This document shows, one piece after another, positions 23,557 through 36,800 of a stretch of DNA of 64,000 nucleotides; within the stretch, counting starts at the first letter, position 1; every line of letters begins with the position of its first letter. A program made the translations under genes and the position numbers. Origin of the DNA: Saccostrea echinata (taxonomy: Eukaryota); contig NW_026889806.1 of the NCBI RefSeq assembly GCF_033153115.1, positions 4,030,001 through 4,094,000 of the forward strand, in the 5' to 3' direction. The notes beneath the pieces were generated by a model that ran no database searches, was not told the DNA's origin, and saw only the letters and a list, made by a program, of their open reading frames with translations.

Positions 23557-25607
23557 CTAAAAGAGAAAAACAATCTTTAAAAGTAACAAACCTTATAAAT
23601 TCTATGGGATGTATATATTACAACCTCGACTCTTTTAGAACCATCTTACTTGTTTTTCCTTTAGTTCAGTTGGTAGAGTGTTGGATCCTAAAGTAGAGAT
23701 TTCGACAAAGTTGTGTTTTTGCCCAGGCTAAAACTTGAATCAATCTTATTAATCTAAAATGATTTCTATATTCTTCAGTATAAATGAAGTTGTAAAACAA
23801 ACCTTTAAAAGGTAGTCGTCGGAATTGCAAAAGTACAGTTAGGGGGTCTCGATAAATGTGCTTCGATGTTTATCACAATATGTAATATTAATGTTAAAGG
23901 CATATTTAAAAATTAGATTTTTGTTGATACTTTGTTTACAAAAACTTTTTTTAGGTGTTTCCTTTGTATATACAGTTAGTATACGCATTAAGATATAAAA
24001 ACCATATCGTATCATATGGAGAAAACATTTAATTAATTGTCATGATTAAACACAATTAGTGTGTTATTAATAAATGGTTAATTTTATGATACGCCATATA
24101 ACGTGTATTTTCTGGAAAATTTGAAAATTTTGCGATTTGATTCCTGAAAGGTAATAAATTAATTTTTACTGTTGTATATTACCACAAAGGTTTACTTACG
24201 ACTATAAGATACAAAGGATTTGACAGAATCCTGGCCATGATTTTTCAATGACATAATTTTGTTCCCTTGTAGATATTTTATAAAATATAGTAAGCACTTA
24301 TGAAATAACATTATATCAGACTGACTGACACATATTCCACACATCTCATTTTTGGGAATAAAGATGATGCTCTCATAGACTATCAGAATTGATATTTCAA
24401 GAATAATTTGCGATTGTATTTTTGCGGATATGTCCTATCAATAGAAAATGGACAACCGCAGAAAATACCCGCTATACACATACAGTAATACTTTTTTGTT
24501 TCGTATGGTTAACTTTAAAAAAAGTTTTAAGCATTTACTCACAAAACACCATTAAATTGGAAAAATAAAAATTGACATTGATGACTAAACCAAAAGTAAC
24601 TTTGAATATGTATTCCATTATACTTTCTTATAAGCTTGGGCCAGGGAAGTATTAAACATAACATATTAAAGTATTTGACTTTGAAAAATTGAGAATTTTT
24701 ATTCGATCTGTGAAATAATGACATTTCGTTGTGAATTCTTATCTTTTTTCATTATAAAGTTCTCAAGAATTAACCTGAACTAAATAGTTTTCATAAAGGG
24801 AACGATAAACACGTGAATAAAAATTACAAAAATTACAGCAGTTTTATTTTCATAACATTTAAGTGCACATAGCATTGAATATCAAAATCATACTGAAGTA
24901 AAATTTCTTTTCATTCTTTGCATTATATAATGAATGTTGGAAATATGAGTATGGTACGCCATGCAATATGTAGTATACCTTTAGGTTAAATGCACATGGG
25001 CTCAAATTTAAAGCACACAATGGTACAATACTTCCAACGTTCTTTGGAACAATAACAAAGAATTTCACAAAAATGGGTATAAAAAAACTTCAACTGTTTC
25101 ACATTTTAAAACTGAAACTTAGCAGATTTTTTTTTTTGTTAAGAAGGGACTTGCAATGGTCTTAATTGTTGAAACCTCCCCTTTTTAGCTATGATGTACG
25201 TAATCGGTCATAGCTATACAAGTGTATATATATGTTTTACCTGCTTGGGAAGAAAGAGATGTGAGAGCACTATATATGAGTGTAGTTAAAATGATGTGCT
25301 ACATAACTTTGCATATATCACAATTATGTAATTACACAACTTATTTTTCTCTTTGCCATATACAAAAATGTTTTCATATGTCACATGTGATCATTCCAAG
25401 TTATTCGATAATAAAAATTCGTGAAAGTTTTGTTTACTAATATTGACAATCTAATTCAAATCAGACTTCTTAGATCCGCGCCGTTTACACTCTGCATAAG
25501 AAGCATATAAAACACGGATCGAAGAAGTCTGTTTTAAAGTATGTAGATTGCTAATATTGAATGTGTGTTATGTATATCTTGACGTACATCTCAAAAGTAA
25601 TGAGGTC

Positions 25608-25863
25608 GCCTGCGTGGCGCAGTTGTGTAGAGCCGAGGAGTAAGGAGTTAATCCTTACGTTGCGGGCACGAAACCCTCTGCAGGACGTACAGACGCAATG
25701 AGACCGTATAAACCGAAGTCCCATGTCACAGTAAGTGCTGGCATGAAAAGATTCTTCACTGCTCAATGGCCAGGCCGAGCACAGATCTTGCAGCTCTCTA
25801 TCGGCCATTGGTGGCGTCCGACCATGAGTCAAAAATAGAGCAAACAACCAACCAACTAACAAC
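25608..25863 (+). mobile_element. tRNA-derived SINE (Meta-type core likely)
   Basis: A-box TGGCGCAGTTG, degenerate B-box GGCACGAAACC, core AAACCGAAGTCCCATGTCACAGTAAGTG..GGCATG..AAAGA, CAAC/CAAA-rich tail. Confidence 0.7.
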
Positions 25864-26957
25864 TTAGGGATTATGTTCATGAATTTTTTTTTTTTTTTAG
25901 ATACAATCATCAATCTAAAAAAATCTTTGTCTTATATAAGAACACTCAGTAATAAACGGATGTAAACTTGATACGGAAGCGCTGATCAGGACGACTGGAC
26001 GATCCACACCTTTGTGTATAAATACTGATCACTATGTAGCTGTTGTTTACAATACTAATGAGGATTAGAGGCAAGCAAATGACTGTTGTTTTGATTGCTG
26101 AGGTAAACTTGAATGTTTTTGTTCATATTTAAGCATCTTCATTTAAATATATTTCATCACATTAGTAAACAGTTTTTATCTTTTAATTATGCGATTAAAT
26201 AAAAGTGAACCCAAGGGATAGTAAGATTGGTAAAAGTTTGATTAAATAATATAATTTCTGTGCAGTAAGCTAGGTTTAAAAACAGAGACACACGGTCTTT
26301 GATAAGTAAATGACTTTCTATGGCCATTTGAAGGTTTATATATATTCATGCTACATTTTTAATAATGTAAAAAGGTAGAAAAGACTTGAAGAACCTAATT
26401 CATATCATTAAACAAATCGAATACAAACTACACAGGTTTTATAGCTCAGTAGTCTTACAACCATCACTTATGTACATAAATACTATACAGTTTGATATAT
26501 AAAAGTTGAAAGCATGAAGAAATTATATAAATATATATACGAGCTTAAATATAGGACGTTAGCCATCCTATTTCAAATACATTTTTAGATTATACATGTA
26601 TTATTATTGCTGAGTATATCCCATATTGTGAACAACAAATGTTAATTTATAGAAAAAGAATGAAATAGTATGTCGCTGTATTTTAAAAATTAGTATACAT
26701 GCTAAAAAGATAAGCCGTCAGGAACACAAAATCATTTTTTGTGTGTATTTTTTTTCTTTAATTCTGTAGAGAACTTTTCTTTAAATATATATAGAACCAC
26801 GATGTTTTGTTTTTGCTGAGTTATTAATTGTTTTATGCGTCATATTCAGCTATAATAGCTGTTTTATAAATAGCAAAAAAGTTGGTACTTTAATTCACTT
26901 AAAAATCTCTGATAAATCAATTATTTTACCGTTTTTAACAAAAAAAATCTATTATAA

Positions 26958-27450
26958 ATAGAGGATATTCAATGATTTGTAGTTGGATATGGAATTTATT
27001 TCACGAGTGTGACAGGATTTTTTGATATTTTCACGAGTGCGAAGCACGAGTGAAAATATAAAAAAAAATCCTGTCTCAAGAGTGAAATAATTTCCACATC
27101 CAACTACAAAACACTGAATTTTCTTTTTATTACATTTTCCTTGATTTTCCCTTTGCATCTGTCTTTTCGTAACACTGTGTCATAGGCTGTGATATCATAA
27201 TTGAGCAGTTGAGACGTCATAGCTTAGCAGTTGTGAGATTGAAAACATTGTAACATGGATTTTAGCAACATATTTGGGAAGAAATTAGCAGTTTTAGTCT
27301 CTTTCAAGATGTTTTAGTTACTTTCTCTATCTTATTACAGGCCAGAAATTATTTTTTACTTACTTTGATATCCTTTCACACTGTGACAGAATATCACTTT
27401 GGTATCCTTTCACACTGTGATAGAATATCAATTTTATTCAATAAATAAAT
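26958..27450. mobile_element. Crypton-like non-autonomous element
   Basis: ATAGAGGATATT start followed by a ~160-bp imperfect palindrome centred on TTCACGAGTGCGAAGCACGAGTGAA; other end has duplicated TATCCTTTCACACTGTGA..AATATCA. Confidence 0.6.
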
Positions 27451-27642
27451 CACATTATATCTGAACATTCATTTGATTGGGGTATATGTATTCAATATAT
27501 TACTCAAGTCAGTGACATTTTATTCATCTTACATTTTTCCTTATCTAATTTGTATATTTTCTGCGAGATGTCCTGAGGACAAATAATTTTTAGACGAAGC
27601 TTAGCCCTAGATTGCCTTTTTCTCTCTATATATGTTAGGATA

Positions 27643-27830
27643 TATAGAGGATATTCAATGTTTTGTAGTTGGATGTGGAATTTATTTCACGAGTGGGACA
27701 GGATTTTTTTTTTTTATATTTTCACGAGTGCAAAGCACGAATGAAAATATATTTAAAAAATTCTGTCTCACGAGTTAAATAAATTCCATATCCAGCTACA
27801 AACACTGATTTATGTTTATTACATTTTATT
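27643..27830. mobile_element. Second copy of the Crypton-like palindromic end
   Basis: Direct repeat of 26958-27140 with the same hairpin. Confidence 0.6.
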
Positions 27831-28364
27831 ACATTTCCTAAAGTGAAATACTCGACTTATATTTAAATCATAGCTACCATTGCGATATGTCGATAAACGG
27901 AATGACAATTACTATATTCCAGTGTCTCTCTTTAGTAGGGGTGGAACTTTCCGAGGTTAATTACTATTACCAACTAATTTTATATCACTTTATTTTTAGA
28001 AAGATTTTCGATAACCTTTTTTATTTAGTTAACGTAATATTGATGAATAAAAGTAAATGGATTTCTAAACATGATGACACGTATACATGTATATGTTAGT
28101 TCCACTTAAAGAATCTAATCTACATAATATTTTATATTTGTATATTCTATATGGTACATAAGTAATTATTAAATTTAGGGATTTGGTTTTACAATGTGTT
28201 TTTTAAGGAAAAGAAAACTGACAACATTGTACATGTATTTCTACTATATTTCAACGACAAAAAGCTACATATAGTATTCCAGATGATGGAAACATTATTC
28301 AAAATTAATTTTTCACATTTTCTTTCTTTATTTCATCACCTAACAAATGATATGAAATATGTCA

Positions 28365-31262
28365 GTTAAACATCCAAATATGAAACAGATGTGGCAGACT
28401 CTGTAGTGTCTTTAATTTTGAGTTCACTGGGATATATCGAGTCGACATGTGAATGAAAATAACTATTGTAAAGTAATAAAACGTCGTCGATATATCTAAA
28501 TGTCGAGTTGTCGACCACAAAAAATGTTTTCTTCTTGTCATGTAGAAGTTTTTGAATAAATTCTGCCTCTTGAAAAAGGTGAAGATAACGAACAGTGATC
28601 GATATCATAAAATGTACAAACAATACAAATTTGTAAACAGGGCATAAAACACGGACCCCCCTTCAAATTCCGGAGATGGGATCAGGTGCCTAGGTGGGTG
28701 TCTTCTACCTATTCCCACTTTTTAAAAATCTCAATTCCACCTATTCCCACTTGCAAATAACAATAGATGTTTAGATACTAGTTAATTTGTTTTTATAGTA
28801 ATTAGACTAATGATTTACCTGTATTTTGTACATTTTAAGACAAAAAATAAATAGATTTATGAAAAAATGATTTATTTCAACTTAATATATTGTAGAAAAT
28901 AAAAAAGTGATTAAAAATACTTTAATATCTTGATTTTTTTTTTTAAACATAAAATAAATAGATTCATGAAAAAATGCATTTAAATAGCTGAATTTTAGAA
29001 TTTACAATAAATGGATTATTGGGAAAAACATGTTTTAATTCACTTAAAAATCTTTCTTTCAAATATTAGTAAAAGTCTGATTTACATGTATATAAATTTT
29101 AAAAATTAAAGCCAATTTCCCGTCCTCTATTCCAACAGATGTTCAATAATTACTGTTTATACGGTAATTATATGTTTATACAACTAATTATTTGTTTACA
29201 AAAAAAAATCCACCTATTCCCACATAAAATCTTACCTTTTCCTACCTGATTTTCAAAAAGTGGGAATAGGTACCCCTAGGTGGAGTAAGCATCCCCCGTT
29301 GTCGGGTCAAACCCGCCATGAGCCATATGTGTTCATCAGGTAGAAGGGACATTGCATAGTCAAATTTAGTATAAAACAAAGGCCTAACACGTCAGCCAAA
29401 TTACGACCCAATGATAGGTTATATTTCAACAATGTCGATAACGACCATAGAATTTACGAAATGTTGACTTTAAACGCGGCTGTTAAAATCCCTGTAACAT
29501 CAACTTTTCTGTCAGCAGCTGCCTCTGTTTAAAATTTGATCGTGCTCAGAGCACGCTTTTGAGTACGAATAAGTTGGGAAATGTAAACACCATAAACAGG
29601 TGACTGCGGAATATTACTACATAAATAAGGAAAGTTGACAGTGGAAAAGTTGAAGTCATCTCGTTTGTCATACAATTTAGTTGTTATTTGGCCCTCATCA
29701 TCTATAGTCAGTAAAACACCAAAATATGAAACAGATGTGGCAGACTCTGTGATGTCTTTTATTTCAAGTTCACTGAGATATGTCGAGCTGACATTTGAAT
29801 GGAAGTAACTATTGTTACTGATAAAATGTCGTCACTGTATCTGAATATAGAGTTGAAGGCTACATCAAGTGTTTTCTTCTTCTCATGTATTCTTTCATGT
29901 AAAAGTTGTTGAATAAATTCTGCTTCGTAAGAATATAAAAACAGGTCGGCTTATAAAGGAGCACAATTATTACCCATCGCGATTCCAACAGCTTGTTGGA
30001 AGACCTGGTCTCCAAAGACAATATAGATGTTGTCAATGAGGAACTCCAACATTCCTCCTTTTTATTATAAACTTCAGAGTACAGAATGATTTTTAACAAA
30101 GTAAATCGTTGATGACCAATCACAATATACGAAAATTTGCCAGTTCCATTTTTATTGAAGAAGCAGTTGTCTATGATATCAAAAAGCCTAGTTTTTAATT
30201 TATCGTGAGGAATCGTTGTATAAAGTGTAGAAAACTCATATGTTTTGATGTTTTTGACTTCAGAAAAAAATGGGTGATTTGAAATTTTCTAAAAGTTCTT
30301 TGGAGTTTTTGAGAATCCATATATGATTTACACCACTTCTAGAATATGTTGTAGCACGATGAGTCTGAAGTGTCTCTTTTACAGCAGTTAATATTTTTGT
30401 AATGAGTAAAATAGGGGCTTGGTAGAGCATTTGCTGGACCCGGCAATATCATTTATATATTCATGGGAATATAAAAACAGGTCGGCTAATAAATGAGCAT
30501 AATTACTGCCTATTGGAATTTCAACATATTGTCAGAAGATCTGGTCTCCAAATACTACATAGATGTTGTCAATGAGGAACTTCAGCATCTTTTTTTTATC
30601 AACTTCACAGTACTTTTATGTAAAATCAAAATAACTTTTAAAGTAATTTTGTAGATGAACAATCACAAGATATGAAAATATACAAGTTAACTTTTTATTC
30701 AAGAAACAGTTGTCTATGTCGAGCAATTTATCATGAGGAATGTTGTCTAAAGCGTAGAGAAATCATATATTTTGATTCTACTGATGTTTGAAAAGTTGAG
30801 ATATTAATTTTTTCAAAAGTTCTTTGGAGGTTTTAGAGTCAACATTTGATATACCGTACTTCTTCATTATGTTGTTGCCCAATGTGTCTGACGTTTCTTC
30901 TTCACAGCAGTAAATATTTTGGTGATTAGCAAGGAAGGAGACTTGGTTGGACATATACTGGACCCTTTAATATATCTTTGTATGAACTTTATAAGTATTG
31001 GAATTTAGCATAGGCTCGGTAAATAAAACTCACTTCCATTGGAATGTTAAAAGTATATGCATTTAAAACTGAAAGTTGATTTCGAAGAATTTCATCTTTT
31101 GAAAGGGAACTGTGAATATGGATTGGGTTTCCAGATGCTGAATTAAAACCGAGTTCTTCTAAAATGCAATCGTAATAATGAGCCTTACAAATAAAGATGA
31201 TGTTGTTATAACTGAAGCTTTATCAGCTGGAACCAAAACATATTTTTCATGATCTTATAAAT
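28365..31262 (-). mobile_element. Partial-tandem array of decayed Penelope-like (Naiad-type) RT copies
   Basis: Minus strand shows VLVPADKAS-like motif, GSSKCSTK, WILKNSKELLEN, STLYTTIPHDKLK and FRYIDD segments. The RT core recurs (30460-31262, 29282-30460, 28365-28570); the 3' UTR lies at 28570-28695 plus 29282-29330. Confidence 0.82.
28696..29275. mobile_element. TIR MITE nested in the PLE 3' UTR
   Basis: GGG...TACCTATTCCCACTTTTT / AAAAAGTGGGAATAGGTACCC termini; CTAGGT duplicated at 28690-28695 and 29276-29281; removing it restores the host motif GTGCCTAGGTGGAGTAAGC. Confidence 0.85.
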
Positions 31263-31616
31263 TTCTAACACCTCATTATAAAGGACATTTAAGCAAAATA
31301 CTATTTTACTTAGTTAGAAACCAGAGAAGAATATCTCCTAAGATAAGCAAGGATTCTGGAAACAATTTTTGAATTGTGAAAGAGGCTGTTTATCTTTAAA
31401 TGTAGAAATGAATCAAAATTTTTCTTTATTAATATAAAGAGAACCGTTGTGTCGATAAACGTTCTATAATAATTAAGTATTTACAATCATTGATATTGAC
31501 ATGATTACAAACATTATATAGAAAAAATACACAAATTCTTATTCAGAAAAATTTAACACACTTTAAAACAGTGAACATTCTCAAAAGTCTTTTTAAGCAA
31601 TACAAATTATGAGTAA

Positions 31617-32040
31617 AGCCAACAAAAAATAGAGTTGGGATCAGGTGCCAGGGAGGAGTAAACATTCCCTGCCGACCGGTCACGCCCGCAATGTGCTCTT
31701 TGTCATGATCAGGTATATGCATCGTCGCAAACCACGGATTTGAGTCCACAAGCTACCTCAAGTGGTGATAGGGAGAATCGATGTGAATCATCCGTGGGTT
31801 ACCGACGATGGGTATATGGAAATAATGGCCTAAAAATGAAAGACGTCAGTCAACATTCAACCCAAAGGCAGAGTATATTTGCAAACAAGGTCATTGTATC
31901 AGCCATAGAATTTGTGAAATGTTGACTTCAAACGAGATTATAGATATCCTTGTATCATCAACTTATCTGTAATTTAAAATTTTCTAAAAGTTCTTGGACT
32001 TTTTAAGTGTCCACATCTGATTAACTCCACTTCTCAAAGT
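31617..32040 (-). mobile_element. Penelope-like element 3' fragment
   Basis: Conserved 3' UTR motif (GCGGGCGTGACCGGTCGGCAGGGAATG..ACTCCTCCCTGGCACCTGATCCC) and RT thumb remnant. Confidence 0.75.
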
Positions 32041-33805
32041 GTGCGTTACATCAAGAATTCGAAAATACTATTTCCTTATAACTGTGAAGACCATTATTCA
32101 TATTTTTTTCTTTGTAAAAATTTTAGTCGAAAAAGTTTTAATGAAATTAAAACTTTTGAAAAAATGACCGAATCTTATACAGGGTAACTGCTCTAAGAGT
32201 GGTCTCGCTTTCATAATGGATCCGTTCAAGCTGGGGTATTTAAATAAAACATTGATATTGTAGACACAGCAATGGCTGGCTCGTCTATGACCTATTTATA
32301 AACTGTCCACGTAAAACATCCCTCCACTAAGAATCTCTGTGGATTCTGTAGACGCCATACAAGGTAGGAAAAACTCCAAAAAGCTATTTCCGTCTCTAGT
32401 TTTAATTTACCAACGTCTTGATATCGACAGTGTCTTCTTTTTCTACGTCATCGTGTATGAAATATATATATCTATAAGGGGTATCTCTTGTTCTTAGTTT
32501 TACGTACTCATTAGAGTCAAGTATATATTTTGCTTTCTGATCATATAAGAGGTAAGGAAATGGTCTTCTAAAGGTCGCTTTGCCCTTTGTAGGATAGATC
32601 GAGTTGTAACAATGAACATCTTTTTTTCTCAAAGAGCCGAAATTTTAGTCATTAATGTAATCTTTCTGAATATTGATTTATTTTTTCTCTTTATGCTTTT
32701 GAATACAAGGAAGATAATAGGTAATGGTACATTACCTACAGAAATGAGCCATTCCAACAATTTTTTAACATAAACAATGTCAATGTAAACAAATATATAG
32801 CATGCAAGGCTATCTAATTTATCTAATGACCCGTAAAACTAAATATGATCAGCAAACAGATACATAAAAAAGGCTTAGAAGACCGCTTAGAATTGAAAGT
32901 ACTAATATTGCATGTTTAAGACGACTGTCCCGTTGCTAGTACTCGATTGGTGTTTATTAGGGGCCGTAAAACGTGAATGAAATATTTAAAAGAAACACGA
33001 TTGCATTGAGGGGAGTCACTGGAGCTTGAAAACCTCTAACATAATTGTCCTTAAGACGATTACATTACAACTGACCGTATATCACAGAAGTTTTACACGT
33101 CACTAGGGGTAGAAAACAATACAGATCAATTGAAACAGCGTGGCAGTATACAGAGACAAAGATAACCCACAGATGTTTTCCCCCCAAAACGTATATGTAA
33201 ATACAATGTACCGATGAAATAGCTTATTTTCGAGTGTAAACGAAAGAAAGGGGAAGTAAATCAGAGTTATCTAATGAACACCACAAAGTAAATTAAGCTA
33301 CTTTATAAATTAATGTACTTTATTGGTTGAAGTAAATATCTGGCGAACTACCAAAATATAGACAATGGTAAGCAATTACAACTCATTTAGCGGGTAAAGT
33401 TAAATTTTACTCTTTCATCAATTAAAATATTGTTTAAAAGAGAGAATGAATACACAATTCATTAATCAATGAGGAATATTTTTAATTGCAAATGGTAACA
33501 AAGTAAAATAAAGTAAAGTAAAATACGATTTCAGCATAAAATCTGTACAGTGTATGTATTATGATCAGTTGCAAGACACAAATTCTTACATATTGCAAAC
33601 ATTGATCTATTCTCTATAGCAGAGGTAAAGACGTTCAGACAACTTTAAAACCACCTGAGTGGCGGAATTAATATTTCTGTCTTATCTCAGCAATGTTGTT
33701 TTGTGTATTCCAGTTTTGAGGGACAAATCCTGGTAGTCTTGAATACCCAGTAGAAACAAAAAGTGAAGAAATACTAAGCGAGGTGTTAACAAGACACCTG
33801 CCATC

Positions 33806-36800
33806 ATGGTGTGTTCCGATGAAAGATGGGGCCCAATATTTCTAAAGGTCATCAACGTTATCTTTATAGTAAGTTTAAAAAGAAGAGAGGTAGAATAATT
33901 ATACAAAACAAGAGTTATAAAGCACGAGTTAAGAAGTCATGACTGATTAGTATACATGTATTGATATTAAGTATTTCCAGAGCATGGGAACAAAGTTCAC
34001 ACAACAGAATCGGTAAAGGAAGCAAAATCATGTCAAGATTTAGCCAGTTTTTAATGTGATTATATATAAATTTTATATTAATCTGTCTTTCTTTTTGCTT
34101 CATAAGTATACTTTTGACCAGAAGGGTAAATAAACAATAGTTTGATGATCATTGACAAATTCTTCCAAAAGGTGACAAATTGTCTTGCTATTGTAAGTAT
34201 ACATAATTGCATACATCATGCATGCCATCAAACATTTTGCTGTATTTTTCTTTTTTTCATTTAAAACGTTTTGATGAGTGCTTTTGGTTGATTGTTATAA
34301 TTGACGATACCATCTGTACATATTCTGATCTGAGTACAAGTTATAATTTTTAGGAAACTATATCACATCAATTATTAATATTATTAAAATATTTTACAAA
34401 CAAACCTTATACAACATACATATAATTCCATATGATTATGTATATACTCTTCTGAGAGACAGAACCAAAAAAAAATTTCTTTGAAAGTTGATGCACAAAA
34501 ATGTGTAACTTGAAAATATTTTTGTATACAGGTTTGTATGCATCCAATGAGTCTTATAAATATCTAGTGTATATGAACAACAATTTCAAATAGAAAGTGT
34601 AGATTAACAAGAATGTCAAATGTGTTACATGTCTGAATGATTGAATTGATGATATATTTGTGATTGCTTCGTTTGTTCTGACACATAACACATGTAATGT
34701 TTTACAGTTTAACATTGACTGGAGTGATATTGAATGCTGAAATATCAAAACAATATCTCCATTAAGCAATACACTCTATCTTTTAATCTTTATTTTCTTC
34801 TTATCATGTTTTTTATATATTGCATTCTTATAAATGTCATGCTTTTTTGTTAGATCTTCTCCCTGGCTCTTATCATACCCGGGGTCATGATTCTGGCAAA
34901 TGTTGACCTGATCAACGATAATATCCTCCCTCTGATGAAACAGCTGACGTACGGGGGGTTTAATCTGGGGGACGTGGCCACTAGTCTGTCCGTGACTCTT
35001 ATAGTGGTGGGCGCAATCGTCCTCATTATAGCCAGCCTGGGCGCCATAGGAGCTTTTTGTAACAGACCAGCCTGTCTGGACATTGTATGTATACGTTATA
35101 TGTTGTTTGTGTATCATTATGATTTACCGTAATATCTTTCTAGAGTCTGCCGCATTTGTTTCATATTTGAATGTTTTACTGACTTTATAGATGATAATAT
35201 AATGGCCAACTAAAAAATAGACTGTATGTCAAAAGGGATGGTTTCAGTTTTTCCAACGTCAAACTTCCCTTATTTATGTAGTAATATTCCAATATCACCT
35301 GCATAATGTTTTTGTGTTTATGTCTCCCAACTGATTCGATATGTAAAAACATGCTCTGAGGACAATCAATTTTGACCTGGGGCAAGCTACTCACAGAGAA
35401 GTTGAAGTGAACATGTGCAAGGATTTCTATAGCCCCGTTTGAAGTCAGCTTTTCGCAATTTCTGCGATCATATAATGACCTTGTTTGTAATTACAACCTA
35501 TTGTTGGGTCGTATTTTGTCTGACAAGTTTCATTTATTAAGTCATTGATTTTACATTAAAATTGACTACGGAGTACTCCGTATACCTGAACAATACTTAG
35601 GGCTCACGGCGGGTGTGACCGGTCGACAGGGGATTCTTACTCCTCTTAGGCACCTGATCCTACATCTAGTGTTTCCAGGGGTCCTTGTTTTTGCCCTGTT
35701 CACGATTTGTAACAGTCAAAAATGAAACTCTTATGACACGAACTTAGTATCCACAAAATTTCTTTGGTCTTCCATTTATAAATGTCAACAAATATTGATA
35801 GAAGTTAATCGATGTTCTTAATTGCGTGAAAACAACACACAAAAGGGCTCCAAAACATACAGATTTAACCCCATAAGGAACCCTCAATTCAAATTTACCA
35901 GTATAAATCAACTTCCTGATCAGTGACTGGTCATTTTCTTAAAAAACGGAGAGTTCAAACAGTACTTGATCATGAAATCATGTTCAAATTGTAAAATTAT
36001 GACAATGCATGATTTTTATTTTTACATTTACTGAACAAATTTTTTACGAATCTTTCCAATGAACTATGAAATAACAATAAAAATTTTTTTTTAGCATGAT
36101 TATAGTACAAATTATAAAGTTTTTTTTTTCATTTGGGTTCATATATTTTGCTCATTTGCTGAAATTATTGTCAGCATTATTTATGTTATTTTTTTACACT
36201 GTATTTATTGTTTATGGCGGTTTTACCAAAGATTTCCGGTTTCTTCCAGTATGCTGGCATTGTTCTGATTTTGTTTGTTGGGAAGCTGTTTGCAGTATTT
36301 CTGTGGTTTGATATGAATGCTAAAGTAAGTACATACAGTTATCATAGTTAACTGTTTATTATAACAATAAAATACTACTGTAACCAGCATAATTAAGTAT
36401 AGCACTTGATTGCTCTTATTGATGCTGTGTTGCTTTTTCTTCAAATTTCTCGTCTGTATTGTTTATATAAATTAAGTCTGTTTAGTATCAAAACGATCAG
36501 AGAAGCTCTACATGTATAAATATATATTCTTATAGTATGAGTTCACAAGGCATGTCACTTTCGTGGTTGTTTATTGCAATATAACTTTGATTTTATGTGT
36601 CTTGTTTTCATTTAAACCTAGAAGCTGTTAATATTTGTGCTCATTTTTATGTTAAAGAAAATATTATCATTATCTTTATTTTCAATATCAAGATGTCATT
36701 ACCTATTTTGAATTGCATTTCTTCCAGATGTTTAACATTAAAAGTAAATTTCATCATGATACAGACTTAGATTTATATTGGATAATATCTCACCTTCCTG

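Noticed and set aside
23655-23710. Possible tRNA gene (TAGTTCAGTTGGTAGAG)
   Set aside because: Only an A-box-like stretch with no cloverleaf or intact B-box; probably a SINE remnant.
25462-25531. 70-bp hairpin as a pre-miRNA
   Set aside because: Short stem with a large loop and no supporting evidence; more likely a TE end.
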